64,000 nt of DNA from positions 736,001-800,000 of the forward strand of contig CM000150.2 of the NCBI GenBank assembly GCA_000004695.1, given 5' to 3'. The notes under the pieces are model-generated. The model made no database searches and was not told the DNA's origin. It saw nothing but the letters and a program-made list of their open reading frames with translations. The first letter of the stretch is position 1; the number at the start of each line of letters is the position of its first letter. The stretch is from Dictyostelium discoideum. Taxonomy: Eukaryota. Positions 1 through 10,952 of this stretch are shown here, in pieces. The position numbers and the translations under genes are program-made.

Positions 1-119
1 AATTTATACATATAATAAATAAATCACTGTTATATCTTCACCGCCACATTCATTCCTCTTAATTTTACCCTTTTTTTGCTCATTAAAGCAAGGGCTATCG
101 TCCTATATACTTTTCAACA

Positions 120-1328
120 ATGGCTGATGATCACTCAACTGAATTACAGTTAAATCATACAGATAACAACACGACCAATACAAATAATACCTCCACAACC
201 TCAACAACAAAAAATAAAAGTGCAAAAATCGACACACCTAAAAAACAAACCCCAACAAACCAACTCTCACTAAACAAAGGACTTGATAATCAATTAGATA
301 TCATTGCACCTCCATCAATCACAAGACCACTCTCTTTCTTAGAAAAAAACAATAACACCATCAACATTAAGTGTTACTTTAATCAACCACACATCCGTGA
401 AGAATTAACCTCAAAAGATGACACAAGAATTCAACAAATTCACAAAAACATTCACAAACTCTTCGAAGATATACTGTCGCCATCAGCATTCAAAATAATT
501 GGTGCAACTGCCTTCGTAAATTGCAACGTTGATAAATTAACTTCAATAATCAACCTTCAAAACCAACTTGCACTAAATATCGACAAACTCAACTATAGAT
601 TCGATATATCATCAAATGATTATGCAATCATTAAAACATTCATTAAAACGTACTCACCCAAACATGCAAACGATGCAATTACAAACAACCTCACTAAATT
701 CACCAGTTGTACATCAATTGAATCATTTACTGTCACATACTCATATGCTGTTGCGTTTAAAAGCTACATTATAACATATCATCTAATTGATCACACACAC
801 AACATTATTGATCAAAAGATCGAACAACCATCTGGTATCACAAGATATATCAAAGCTGCAACACGTAGTGTCACTAAACACAAAATTCAACATGCAAAAA
901 ATGCAGATATGGCAACAACTATAAAAAATGCCATCACAAACCCAAACATGAACAAAAACAATCAACCACCAAAAAACAACATTAACACCCCACCAATCAA
1001 CGAAATTGCAAATTCCAATCGCAATAATAACTCACTTCAAAATAGTGGTTCAAAAGCTATACTAAATGAATCACTTGATATTAACAATCAATCCCAAAAC
1101 AATAATGAAATTTCACACAAAAGTGATTCTTCAAATAATAATAACGGGAAAAACTCTTTATCAATGAGCAATCCAACCGATCCAACAATTGTACCACAAA
1201 AACCTCTACAATCTCAACCAAACAAACCAAGTGCACCAACTCCAAATACAATAAATACAAGAAGAAGCAGCAATGCCCTGACTACACAACCAGTCAATAC
1301 TGGTGCTGCCAAACCTAGTAAGGTATGA
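120..1328 (+). CDS. Retrotransposon ORF1 protein (N/T/Q-rich, nucleic-acid-binding-like)
   Basis: 402-aa ORF. Its TGA overlaps the ORF2 ATG (ATGA at 1325-1328), the typical LINE ORF1 position. Confidence 0.7.
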   Translation: MADDHSTELQLNHTDNNTTNTNNTSTTSTTKNKSAKIDTPKKQTPTNQLSLNKGLDNQLDIIAPPSITRPLSFLEKNNNTINIKCYFNQPHIREELTSKDDTRIQQIHKNIHKLFEDILSPSAFKIIGATAFVNCNVDKLTSIINLQNQLALNIDKLNYRFDISSNDYAIIKTFIKTYSPKHANDAITNNLTKFTSCTSIESFTVTYSYAVAFKSYIITYHLIDHTHNIIDQKIEQPSGITRYIKAATRSVTKHKIQHAKNADMATTIKNAITNPNMNKNNQPPKNNINTPPINEIANSNRNNNSLQNSGSKAILNESLDINNQSQNNNEISHKSDSSNNNNGKNSLSMSNPTDPTIVPQKPLQSQPNKPSAPTPNTINTRRSSNALTTQPVNTGAAKPSKV

Positions 1329-4300
1329 GCTCAAAAATCAACTTTATAACATGGAATTGTAGAGGATTCACTGAAAACCCAAACAATCAACACAATTCCT
1401 ACCAAAAAGCTGTTGACACACTACAACTACTTATATCAAAACTTCCACCTCGTCCAACAATCTCAATACTCACTGAACTCAATTCATCACCATTACAACT
1501 TAAACATGATTTTCCCGATCACATCATCTCTGTCACCAAACGAGGAAATGGTGTAATCATCATTAACCATAACCCAAACACACTCAAACTCAAACACATA
1601 TCAACAATTGATGGTAGAGCTATTTTAGCAGACGTTATATTTCCAAATCAATTACCAATTGGTATTCTTGGAATTTACGCACCAGCATCAAATAATACCA
1701 TCAAAAAGAATTCATATGCAACTTCACTACAAACACTTCTCCACAACCACTCAACAAACCCAATACCAAACCAATCCCAACATGTATCTATTATCGCAGG
1801 AGATTTCAACTGTATCCACAACGACAATTCACTATTAGATGATATTATCCAATCCTACACATACCAACACCATCTAATTGATCAAGGTGAATTTAAAAAC
1901 ACTCCAACTCATACACATGGCAACAGATTAGATAGAATATATACTCAATACAATAGAATAGACCCTGAAAATATATATACACAAGTCCACCAAATTCCAT
2001 CTTCATTATCAGATCATAATCCAATATCAACAACAATTTCTTCACCTTTTCAAATAAATAAACATAAGAAAAGATGGATATTATCACCTGGTACTGCAAA
2101 TGACCATGAAGCAATCAATATTATCAATCATTTAATAACTAATCACAATAACACATCAATCAATCAATTTACAAACTGGTCAAAAGTAAAATCAAAAATT
2201 ATAAAAACTCTAAAAAACTATCAATATAACAAAGACAAACAAACTCAACGTGCAAAACAAATACTATTAGAAAAAGCAGCAAAATTCAAACATCTTGAAG
2301 AACAATGCATCGCTGAATACAATATTATATGTAACAAAAACAAACTACATCAAAACCACACAAACATATTAAAAAAACATATAAATGGAGAAATACCTAG
2401 CAAGTATCTATCAGCAATACTAAACAAAAGATCAAAAGATGCAAAAATTGAATCAATCCAATATGGTAACATCATTACATCCGACCCCGACCAAATTGAA
2501 AATGCGTTTGTTGAATTCTACACAAATCTATATAGCTTACAAATATGTTGTCCAATTACTCACCAGCTCATGCCAAACACATGGCCCATCATAAAAAATG
2601 AATATTGGAATGGTTTAGACTCACCATTTATACAAGATGAAGTTGAAGCTGCAATTAAAACCTGTAACCCCAACAAATCACCCGGTCCAGATGGCGTTAC
2701 AAATGCATTCTACATTAATCATTTAAACCAAGTTAAACCAATTCTCACTACATTATTCAACGATATACTAGAAAATCCTCACCACATCACAACAGAATTC
2801 ACAGAAGGTCTTATACACACAATATACAAGAAAGGCAACCCCTTACTCATATCAAATCGTCGTCCCATTACACTTCTAAACACTGATTACAAGATCCTCT
2901 CAAAAGTAATCAATGCACGTCTTCTGAGAATACTTCCTTTCATCATCAACAACAACCAAACTGGTTTCGTACCCCACAGATTCATCATAGACAACATCAT
3001 CAACATCAATGAATTAATCAACTACCTCAAATCTAAAAACCTCCCTGGTATCATCACACTATTTGACTTCTTTAAAGCATTTGATTCTATCTCTCACGAT
3101 AGCATTAAAAGAACATTAATTCATATTGGTATACCAATAAAATTAATAAATTTAATCCACAAGCTATTATCTGACTCACAAGCAAAAATTTCAATTAATG
3201 GTAAAACGACCAGAAAATTCGATATTAAAAGAGGTGTAAAACAAGGTGACCCAATCTCAGCCACTTTATTTGTAATTGTAATTGAAATATTAGCAAGAAC
3301 AATAAATGCAGACAATTCAATAATTGGATTACCAATTTCACCCAATCCACAAATTAAAATTAAATTTACCCAATTTGCAGACGACTCTACAACATACAAC
3401 ATCAACTACGAACAACAACAACAATCAATCAAACATTTCGATAATTTCTGCGCTTCAACATCATCATCATTAAATTTTGACAAAAGTGCAATAATAGAAA
3501 TCAACCCCCACAAAATCACTGATAAACACATAATAAACAACATTCCACAATCAAAAAGAATACCAATAACCAAAAAAGATCAATCAGAAAGAGTTCTTGG
3601 CTATTTCTTTAATCATAATGGTTTACATAGGAAATTACCAGAAACAATGAAAACACTGATTAAATCATTAGTGCTATGGAAAACTAGTGGCACAACATTA
3701 AAAACAAAAACAACCATCATAAACACCTACTCACTATCACCAATAACATATTTATCATACCTTGAAGAATTTACAAAAGATGAAGAAATTCAAATTAATA
3801 AATTAATCTCATGGTTTATGAATTCTCCCGCAAATTCTGAATCACCAACTCTCGATACCAATTCCATTGAAAAAAACACATCAACCATCCATTCACGTGC
3901 AAAAATACCTTTGATGTGTTATGATAGATCATTAAAACCATTAAAAGAAGGTGGTTGGGGTATGTGGAATATACAATTACGACAAGTTGCTCAAAAGATT
4001 TGGATATACAACAGATTTTTACAAATGCATAAATCTGCAAACAATTCAATATACATGATAAGTTGGATGGATCAAATCATCAACAAATCAATCTCTTCTC
4101 CATACCTTATAAAAATCAAAAAAGAATGGGAAAACTATGCAACTCAAATTGGACATCTAAAAGATAAAGTTCAAATCCTACAACCAATATTAACAAAAAA
4201 CCAACCCTCTCAAACATTAAACACAAATAATATTTCACTACCACCAACACTCAAAGAAATCTACTCGACAATACTAAACAATCACCAATGCAAATCAAAA

Positions 4301-5152
4301 GACTATATTGGCAAGAAATATTCAGATCTACTTCTTACTTCGCACCAACAATCAATACAACTATTATGGAAATACACATACGACCAACTTTTTGTCAAAA
4401 TTCAAAAATTAAAAGATCCAAAAGGCCGAGATACAATGCAAAGATTCCATGCTAGATGTCTTCCGATTAATCATCTACACAACAAAGTTTGCCCCATTTG
4501 CAACAATGAAATGAATAATGATCCCTATGGTCATTTGTTCTTCAATTGTCAGCACACAATCAACTTCATTAACCACGACAAATTAAAATATTTTATATAT
4601 AAAAATTGCAATGGAAACAAAAACTGGTCACTAACAAAAAACCAAACAACAAAATTATACACACTCATTTATAAACCACAAACAAACAACAAAGCATTTA
4701 AACCAGATCCAACTATCAATATTAATTTTCATTTTGCAGAAAACGCACAATATAAAAAATACAGGTTCAACTGGAATTATATAAACACAAATCTTGATCT
4801 AGTCAGAACACATGCATATTGGAACATAATCTCATTAGTTATTCAACAAATATGGATATGGTTATGCAAATCATTATTTGACATCAATATAACTCAATCA
4901 ATTGATAATTGGAACAACCAAATAAACAACACAACACTAGATTATGATATATTAAAATCAAAATGGCACAAGCTAATAAGATTGGAATATTCAAGAACTT
5001 TATCAAACTTTAACCAATACTCAATTAAAAACAACCTCACAAAAACTCAAAAAGAAACCCAATGGTCCGAAACCATCAAAAAATTTAAAAAAGAATGGAG
5101 CATAAACACAAATGAACCAATTCCAACAATTACACCACCAATTAATTATTAA
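1325..5152 (+). CDS. Retrotransposon ORF2: apurinic-like endonuclease + reverse transcriptase + C-terminal Cys/His (zinc-finger-like) domain
   Basis: APE motifs (WNCRGF, IAGDFNC, RLDRIY, SDHNPIS). RT motifs (SPGPDG, FVPHRFIIDNI, LFDFFKAFDSISH, KRGVKQGDPIS, QFADDSTTY = YxDD variant). C-terminal HARCLPINHLHNKVCPICN...YGHLFFNCQHT. 1275 aa, intact. Confidence 0.9.
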   Translation: MSSKINFITWNCRGFTENPNNQHNSYQKAVDTLQLLISKLPPRPTISILTELNSSPLQLKHDFPDHIISVTKRGNGVIIINHNPNTLKLKHISTIDGRAILADVIFPNQLPIGILGIYAPASNNTIKKNSYATSLQTLLHNHSTNPIPNQSQHVSIIAGDFNCIHNDNSLLDDIIQSYTYQHHLIDQGEFKNTPTHTHGNRLDRIYTQYNRIDPENIYTQVHQIPSSLSDHNPISTTISSPFQINKHKKRWILSPGTANDHEAINIINHLITNHNNTSINQFTNWSKVKSKIIKTLKNYQYNKDKQTQRAKQILLEKAAKFKHLEEQCIAEYNIICNKNKLHQNHTNILKKHINGEIPSKYLSAILNKRSKDAKIESIQYGNIITSDPDQIENAFVEFYTNLYSLQICCPITHQLMPNTWPIIKNEYWNGLDSPFIQDEVEAAIKTCNPNKSPGPDGVTNAFYINHLNQVKPILTTLFNDILENPHHITTEFTEGLIHTIYKKGNPLLISNRRPITLLNTDYKILSKVINARLLRILPFIINNNQTGFVPHRFIIDNIININELINYLKSKNLPGIITLFDFFKAFDSISHDSIKRTLIHIGIPIKLINLIHKLLSDSQAKISINGKTTRKFDIKRGVKQGDPISATLFVIVIEILARTINADNSIIGLPISPNPQIKIKFTQFADDSTTYNINYEQQQQSIKHFDNFCASTSSSLNFDKSAIIEINPHKITDKHIINNIPQSKRIPITKKDQSERVLGYFFNHNGLHRKLPETMKTLIKSLVLWKTSGTTLKTKTTIINTYSLSPITYLSYLEEFTKDEEIQINKLISWFMNSPANSESPTLDTNSIEKNTSTIHSRAKIPLMCYDRSLKPLKEGGWGMWNIQLRQVAQKIWIYNRFLQMHKSANNSIYMISWMDQIINKSISSPYLIKIKKEWENYATQIGHLKDKVQILQPILTKNQPSQTLNTNNISLPPTLKEIYSTILNNHQCKSKDYIGKKYSDLLLTSHQQSIQLLWKYTYDQLFVKIQKLKDPKGRDTMQRFHARCLPINHLHNKVCPICNNEMNNDPYGHLFFNCQHTINFINHDKLKYFIYKNCNGNKNWSLTKNQTTKLYTLIYKPQTNNKAFKPDPTININFHFAENAQYKKYRFNWNYINTNLDLVRTHAYWNIISLVIQQIWIWLCKSLFDINITQSIDNWNNQINNTTLDYDILKSKWHKLIRLEYSRTLSNFNQYSIKNNLTKTQKETQWSETIKKFKKEWSINTNEPIPTITPPINY

Positions 5153-5515
5153 TTACCTAATCTAAAATAACATACTATTTTAAATTCACAAAAACTAAAA
5201 AACCTAAAATAAATAAATAAAAATAACATACTAATTGTATACTACAATAGTTTATTTATATCAAAAAAAAAAAAAAAAAATAAATCGGGTCAAGTGTTCG
5301 ATTCTTTAAAAAGTAAAATAATTATCTTTAATATTGCCATGATAAAAAAACCCGTACCGCGATCAAGAGGATACAAGATACACGTGAAAAGTAATTCATC
5401 CTTTTCTATCCTTAATCTCGGTCAATTTTAACCAATCTTTCAAAAAAAATCACCAATCCACCACGATCTACAGATCTAACTTACCAAATCGCCGATTCAA
5501 AGGAATCCCATCGAG

Positions 5516-6766
5516 ATGAATTCCTACGCAGACGCGGCTAAAATGGCCAACCCCTCCACCCATATGGACGAGGCATCGGAGAACTTCATTAAGGAATTCT
5601 CCACAAAAACAGCAGAGATAAAGGAGACCTACCCCAAACTATCAATAGGCCTCAAAGACATCTCCAAATACTGCGAGACCATATTGAACATGACTGCGCT
5701 CTCAACCTACGAGAAGAACAACGGATTCTACCCAATTACACTCGAATTCCCCAAAATGGATCTCAAGGGGTTAGAAGAAATGAGAAAAACACTCTCAAAC
5801 TACGATATCCCAATCGACAAGATATACATAGGCAAAGGAACTAGAAAAATGATCCACCTGATGATTAAAAACGAACAATCTCTCCTAAATATCATTAGAG
5901 ATAGAAGCAAATTGGGAACCTTCATCACCTCCAGTAGAGACTTCCACGTCCTCACAGGAAGAGTAAGAATTCCCAGAGAAAAGGCAGGAATAGTGGACGC
6001 CCTCATCAAAACTGCCTTTGCAGAAGAAATACCCTATGCAATATACAATACTATATACTCCACCGACCACCTCATAGTATTCGGTCTAATAGAATGCAAA
6101 ATAGGCGATCAAATGAAATCTGGCCAACACATTACAGAAATCGCAAACTTTACCATCAGAACGGCCACCAAAACCTACTCCTCACAAAAGAAAAACAAGA
6201 AAGTAGAGACAAACAACACGGAGGAACCATTAGAAGATGAGATGACAGATCCTCCTAACACCCAAAACAGGATAGCAATCAAATCCTCTCAACCAAAACC
6301 ACAACAACAAACAAACAACCCAGCAAACAATAAGTCTGATAAACAATCAACCCAAGAGAAAAAAGCCCAATCAAAAAAGTCCTCTCAACCTCTTCCCCCC
6401 AAAAACCAAGCAGAATCTCAATCTGTCAAACCCACCACAACCACTACCACAACATCCAACGCCATCCAAAAAGACAATGCCAACAAAACGAGCACTAACA
6501 TCCATTCATCCTCGGAAAACAGAGAGAAGACACCAAACATCCCTCCATCACATAAACGCAAGAACGAGGAAATCCACTCAAACAACGAGGTCACCCAACT
6601 CTCACCAACAATAAACAGAAGCAACCCTTACATCCCATCCACCCCTAAGACACCTGTCAAAAAAGAAAGGAAAGGAATCATTGAGAGCTTCATAGAGAGT
6701 ATCTACCCTTCACCATCCAAACCGCAGCTATACGACTCCCAAGAGGAGATCGATATCATCTCATAA
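5516..6766 (+). CDS. Retrotransposon ORF1 protein (copy 2)
   Basis: 416-aa ORF. Its stop TAA shares one base with the ORF2 ATG (TAATG at 6764-6768). Basic/Ser-Thr-rich C-terminus. Confidence 0.65.
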   Translation: MNSYADAAKMANPSTHMDEASENFIKEFSTKTAEIKETYPKLSIGLKDISKYCETILNMTALSTYEKNNGFYPITLEFPKMDLKGLEEMRKTLSNYDIPIDKIYIGKGTRKMIHLMIKNEQSLLNIIRDRSKLGTFITSSRDFHVLTGRVRIPREKAGIVDALIKTAFAEEIPYAIYNTIYSTDHLIVFGLIECKIGDQMKSGQHITEIANFTIRTATKTYSSQKKNKKVETNNTEEPLEDEMTDPPNTQNRIAIKSSQPKPQQQTNNPANNKSDKQSTQEKKAQSKKSSQPLPPKNQAESQSVKPTTTTTTTSNAIQKDNANKTSTNIHSSSENREKTPNIPPSHKRKNEEIHSNNEVTQLSPTINRSNPYIPSTPKTPVKKERKGIIESFIESIYPSPSKPQLYDSQEEIDIIS

Positions 6767-9540
6767 TGGTAGTAATCAAAATCAACCAATGGAATGTCAG
6801 AGGTTGGGGCACTGACACCTCCTTCAAAAACAAAACAGACTTTATCAAATCCCAATCCCCCCCAAACTCATTGGCACTAACCATAGTCAATGAACTCAAC
6901 GCCGACGCAACACAAGCACACCAGCTATTTCCTGGCTCCATCATTAGCGCAACCAACAGAGGCAACGGAATAGGAATACTAAACCACAACAACCAAAACA
7001 TAAAACTCTCACCAATATTCATAATAGAAGGTAGACTAATAATATCAGACATTCTAATAAAAGATACCACAACGAGAATCTTGGCCATATACGCCCCGGC
7101 CCAACCTGATAAAAGAAAAACACTAGCTTCAACACTAAACAAACACTTCAACAACCAATACCACAACCTAACGTCTAACCCTAATAAAAACATCGACATC
7201 ATAGCAGGCGACTTCAACTGTTTAGACTTCAATGACAATCACACATCAAATGATGACCAAGGCAACTTGACAACACAATCCCCAGATGAGATGGCCACAG
7301 TAATCGAAGCCATCAGAATTTCAAATAACCTAATGGATATGGACCAACTAAATAAAAGACCCACCTTCTCAAGAACGATACACAACACAAACAATAACCT
7401 CACAAGAATCTTGGAAAGGAGACTAGACAGAATATACCTTAACAATAGCATAATCAACTACAGCCAATTATACTTAAGGAACCTAATCCCCCCAAAAATT
7501 AATGACATACCTCTATCAGATCACAACTTCCTATCAACCACCTTCACTCTACCCAACATACAGATGAACAAGCGCAGATGGAGATTAAAAAAATCCTCAA
7601 TCCTCTCAAGCATAATGCTTAAGAAAATAGACTTCCTACTTAACGATTATTCAAGGGAGCTGTCATCCAACCATAACTCTATTTCCTTCTCTCAACTCAA
7701 CAGCTTACTAAACAAAATAAAACAACTATACACAGAATTTCAAAAACAAAATGACTACAACAATAAGGCAAACATCAAAAATCTAATCTCCCTACTAGAG
7801 ACAGAATTTAAAGACCAAGCCTTCGCAACCCTTTCAGCAATAAATGAATCTAAAAAAAGAGAAGAACAACTTAAACAAGAATTGAACAACTATTGCGAAG
7901 AAACCTCACTCAAGTACATCTCCGCGAGAATCAAGAAAAGACACAATGATTTCACCATCAACGCAGTAAAAGATGCACAAGGTAGAACAATCAACAAACA
8001 GGAATTGATCGAAGAAGAATACGTAAAATATTACTCAAATCTTTATGACTACAAAGAAGATGACCCACCATCTCATTATGAAATGTTGGAAAATTGGACA
8101 GTGACCAGGGACTCAACATGGGACAACCTTGAAAATGAATTCACATCACAAGAGATCCTAGAAGTAATAAAACAATTGAACCCACACAAATCTCCAGGCC
8201 CAGATGGAATTCCAAACTTATTCTACATAACACACAAAGAAAAACTAGCTCCAATACTGGCCTCAGCATTCAACGACACTCTAAGAAATCCTCATCTAAT
8301 TAGCAAAAATTACAAAGAAGGCCTCATTATCACGATACCTAAAAAGGGAGACCCCGAACTAATCAAAAACAGAAGACCAATTACACTGGCTAACTGTATA
8401 TATAAAATCCACTCAAAACTAATAAACAATAGAATAATCCCAATACTAACGAAAGTGATCAACCACAATCAAAAAGGTTTCGTACCAGGCAGATTCATTC
8501 TAGATAATATCATATCAATGAACGAATTAATCAACTATTGTAATGATAAAAGAATTAACGGAATAATTACACTATATGATTTCGAAAAAGCTTTTGACTC
8601 GATCTCACACGGTTCAATACTCAGATCACTACAACACATCAACATTCCAACCAATATAATCAACCTGATAATGAATCTACTCACCAAATCTGAAGCAAGA
8701 ATTGAAATTAATGGTAGAACTACTATACCCTTTGAGATCAAAAGAGGAGTTAAACAAGGAGATCCACTATCACCCACCCTGTTCGTCCTTGTAATAGAGG
8801 CTTTAGCTAGAAAAATTTTACAAGATGACCGAATTACTGGCCTTCCTCTAAACAACAGCAACCACAGAGAGAAATTCCAAAGCTTTGCAGACGACTCGGC
8901 TTCAATGGTCCCAGACTTTCAACAACTTGAATTAGTACTACAACACTTCAATTCATTTTGCAAAGCCACTTCCTCAAAACTAAACATCGACAAATCTTCA
9001 TCAATTCTTATAGGCAACCCAGACAATACCAACCAAAGAATTCCAATATCTACAAATCCAGAAAGATACTTGGGATACTTCTTCACAGGCAAAGGGATAA
9101 CAAGAAAAATGCCAGAAATATTAAACACAATAAGATCATCCTTAGTACTATGGAAAACCACTGACTCAACAATCAAAACCAAAACCAACATCCTCAAAGC
9201 ATTCGCACTCTCTAAATTAACCTACTATTCATATGTAGAGAACTTTAAGGAAGAGGAATTAAACCAAATCAATAAATTAGTCGAATGGTTTTTATCGGCA
9301 CCAAACAACAAAAATGCTAGTGGATTTCAAGTTATTAATTTAATGAGAACCAAAAGAGCAAGATACCCACTAAAAGTAGGGGGCTGGAACATTTGGAATA
9401 TAGAATTGAGACAACTGGCGCAGAAACTTTGGATCATAAACCAATTCATCCTAGCACTAGAAACCAAACAAACAAACTCATCTCATCACAAAAGCTGGGA
9501 ATATCAAATCCAAAAAACAAATTCACATCCAGATACCTAA
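6766..9540 (+). CDS. Retrotransposon ORF2 (copy 2), APE endonuclease + reverse transcriptase portion
   Basis: WNVRGW, IAGDFNC, RLDRIY, SDHNF (APE). SPGPDG, FVPGRFILDNI, LYDFEKAFDSISH, KRGVKQGDPLS, SFADDSAS (RT). Ends in a stop at 9540 after sequence that has diverged from copy 1. Confidence 0.85.
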   Translation: MVVIKINQWNVRGWGTDTSFKNKTDFIKSQSPPNSLALTIVNELNADATQAHQLFPGSIISATNRGNGIGILNHNNQNIKLSPIFIIEGRLIISDILIKDTTTRILAIYAPAQPDKRKTLASTLNKHFNNQYHNLTSNPNKNIDIIAGDFNCLDFNDNHTSNDDQGNLTTQSPDEMATVIEAIRISNNLMDMDQLNKRPTFSRTIHNTNNNLTRILERRLDRIYLNNSIINYSQLYLRNLIPPKINDIPLSDHNFLSTTFTLPNIQMNKRRWRLKKSSILSSIMLKKIDFLLNDYSRELSSNHNSISFSQLNSLLNKIKQLYTEFQKQNDYNNKANIKNLISLLETEFKDQAFATLSAINESKKREEQLKQELNNYCEETSLKYISARIKKRHNDFTINAVKDAQGRTINKQELIEEEYVKYYSNLYDYKEDDPPSHYEMLENWTVTRDSTWDNLENEFTSQEILEVIKQLNPHKSPGPDGIPNLFYITHKEKLAPILASAFNDTLRNPHLISKNYKEGLIITIPKKGDPELIKNRRPITLANCIYKIHSKLINNRIIPILTKVINHNQKGFVPGRFILDNIISMNELINYCNDKRINGIITLYDFEKAFDSISHGSILRSLQHINIPTNIINLIMNLLTKSEARIEINGRTTIPFEIKRGVKQGDPLSPTLFVLVIEALARKILQDDRITGLPLNNSNHREKFQSFADDSASMVPDFQQLELVLQHFNSFCKATSSKLNIDKSSSILIGNPDNTNQRIPISTNPERYLGYFFTGKGITRKMPEILNTIRSSLVLWKTTDSTIKTKTNILKAFALSKLTYYSYVENFKEEELNQINKLVEWFLSAPNNKNASGFQVINLMRTKRARYPLKVGGWNIWNIELRQLAQKLWIINQFILALETKQTNSSHHKSWEYQIQKTNSHPDT

Positions 9541-10469
9541 AAGAGAACTTAGACGAATGGAACAAAATAAGAATCAAAAAAGCAATCTTCAACAATAATC
9601 TCACATCCATAAAAAACGAAAATGGACAACCACTTTCACTGGCAGAATGGTATACCACAATTCAAGACCAAAATCCAACCATCCCTAAAACGGAATTCCA
9701 ATCATCTCTAAACTTAAGAGGCTACAGCTATAATCAACTCTTCAACAACATACTGAAGATAAAAGACCCTAAAACAAGAGACACAATGTTTAGATTCCAT
9801 GCCAGATGCCTTCCAATAAACTACCTTCACAACAAACAATGCCCACTCTGCAAAGAAGATATGAGCAAAGACCCATACGGTCACCTGTTCTTCTCATGCA
9901 AGAAAACAAAACAATTCATAAAAATAAATAAACTCAAAAATTTCATCTATATTACCACAGGAAAAGGTAAAAACTGGCATCATACAAGAATTAGGCAAAA
10001 TAACAATTTCATTAATAGAATAACTCCAAAATTATCACCGACAGCCAAAAAAGATCAAGAAGTGAATGCAGATTACGCCAACCACAGATTCCACAAAGAA
10101 TACTTTGAATGGAACTATAAAGCAATAGACTATGATCTAACCAGATCATTCGCATATAGAAACCTAATGGCCCTTATCCTCCACAACATTTGGATTTGGA
10201 TTTGCAATCAAATATACAGTGAAGATCCTTTAACAAATGAATCATTATCATACAGCTCCCTTCTAAAGAAATGGCACAAATTGGCCACTCTAGAATACAT
10301 CAAAAAAGCAAAAGATCTGAAAAACTTATCAGCAAAAGACCATAATAATTTCAAAGATCCTAAGATCCTTCTCACCTCAACGATCAAGCTAAGAAAAACA
10401 ACAGCTAATTACTATTGTATTCCAGAATCATCTCTCCCAAATATTATATCTTTTGATCAATTCATATGA
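9393..10469 (+). CDS. Retrotransposon ORF2 (copy 2) C-terminal segment in a shifted frame (apparent frameshift; Cys/His motif HARCLPINYLHNKQCPLCK...YGHLFFSCKKT)
   Basis: Homology to copy 1's ORF2 C-terminus resumes in another frame (SRYLKENLDEWNKI vs SPYLIKIKKEWENY). The frame switch lies between ~9450 and 9525. Confidence 0.6.
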   Translation: MEYRIETTGAETLDHKPIHPSTRNQTNKLISSQKLGISNPKNKFTSRYLKENLDEWNKIRIKKAIFNNNLTSIKNENGQPLSLAEWYTTIQDQNPTIPKTEFQSSLNLRGYSYNQLFNNILKIKDPKTRDTMFRFHARCLPINYLHNKQCPLCKEDMSKDPYGHLFFSCKKTKQFIKINKLKNFIYITTGKGKNWHHTRIRQNNNFINRITPKLSPTAKKDQEVNADYANHRFHKEYFEWNYKAIDYDLTRSFAYRNLMALILHNIWIWICNQIYSEDPLTNESLSYSSLLKKWHKLATLEYIKKAKDLKNLSAKDHNNFKDPKILLTSTIKLRKTTANYYCIPESSLPNIISFDQFI

Positions 10470-10567
10470 TTAAAATAACCCTTCAGCTTAAATGATAAGC
10501 CTATAAATAAATATTAAATAAAAACTCGTATTAACACAGATGGACATATATCAATCTTGTTAATCCA

Positions 10568-10603
<36 letters not shown>

Positions 10604-10606
<3 letters not shown>

Positions 10607-10839
10607 TGCCAAATTGAAAATAAAAAATAAAAGACCACCCAATTATTATATGAATGCTGTAAAGCGTGAACCAATTATATTTGGTTCGATTAATTTCAAA
10701 GATCCAAACGATTTCCTTTATCAAATAATTAAGAAAACTTTACAAAGTATATTGTATATCAGAATCTAAACCAAAATAATATCTGTATTTTAATATAAAC
10801 CAAATAATAATTGTGTTTTAAAAAAACCTATTAATTACA

Positions 10840-10876
<37 letters not shown>
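10604..10876 (+). mobile_element. Short poly(A)-terminated unit (about 240 bp + A32) abutting the poly(A) of TRE copy 2; probable 5'-truncated retroelement tail or SINE-like insertion
   Basis: Unique AT-rich segment bounded by the A31 tract (10573-10603) and a second A32 tract (10845-10876). Confidence 0.35.
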
Positions 10877-10879
<3 letters not shown>

Positions 10880-10952
10880 TATAACTAATTCTTAATAAAA
10901 ATATTTGAAAACCAGTTTATTTAATTTTAATCATTTTAATTTATATAATTTT

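Larger units (their letters stand above)
1..5280 (+). mobile_element. Full-length non-LTR (LINE-like) retrotransposon, Dictyostelium TRE-type (tRNA-gene-targeted family; ~5.2-5.3 kb size and tRNA-downstream relatives suggest the TRE3 group), copy 1
   Basis: 5' UTR, ORF1 (120-1328), overlapping ORF2 (1325-5152) with APE + RT + Cys/His tail, 3' UTR and A18 tail at 5263-5280. The 5' boundary could lie left of the window. Confidence 0.75.
5281..10603 (+). mobile_element. Second full-length TRE-type non-LTR retrotransposon (different subfamily from copy 1), inserted head-to-tail immediately after copy 1's poly(A)
   Basis: GC-richer 5' UTR 5281-5515, ORF1 5516-6766, ORF2 6766-10469 (interrupted by a frameshift), divergent 3' UTR, A31 tail 10573-10603. 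Confidence 0.75.
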
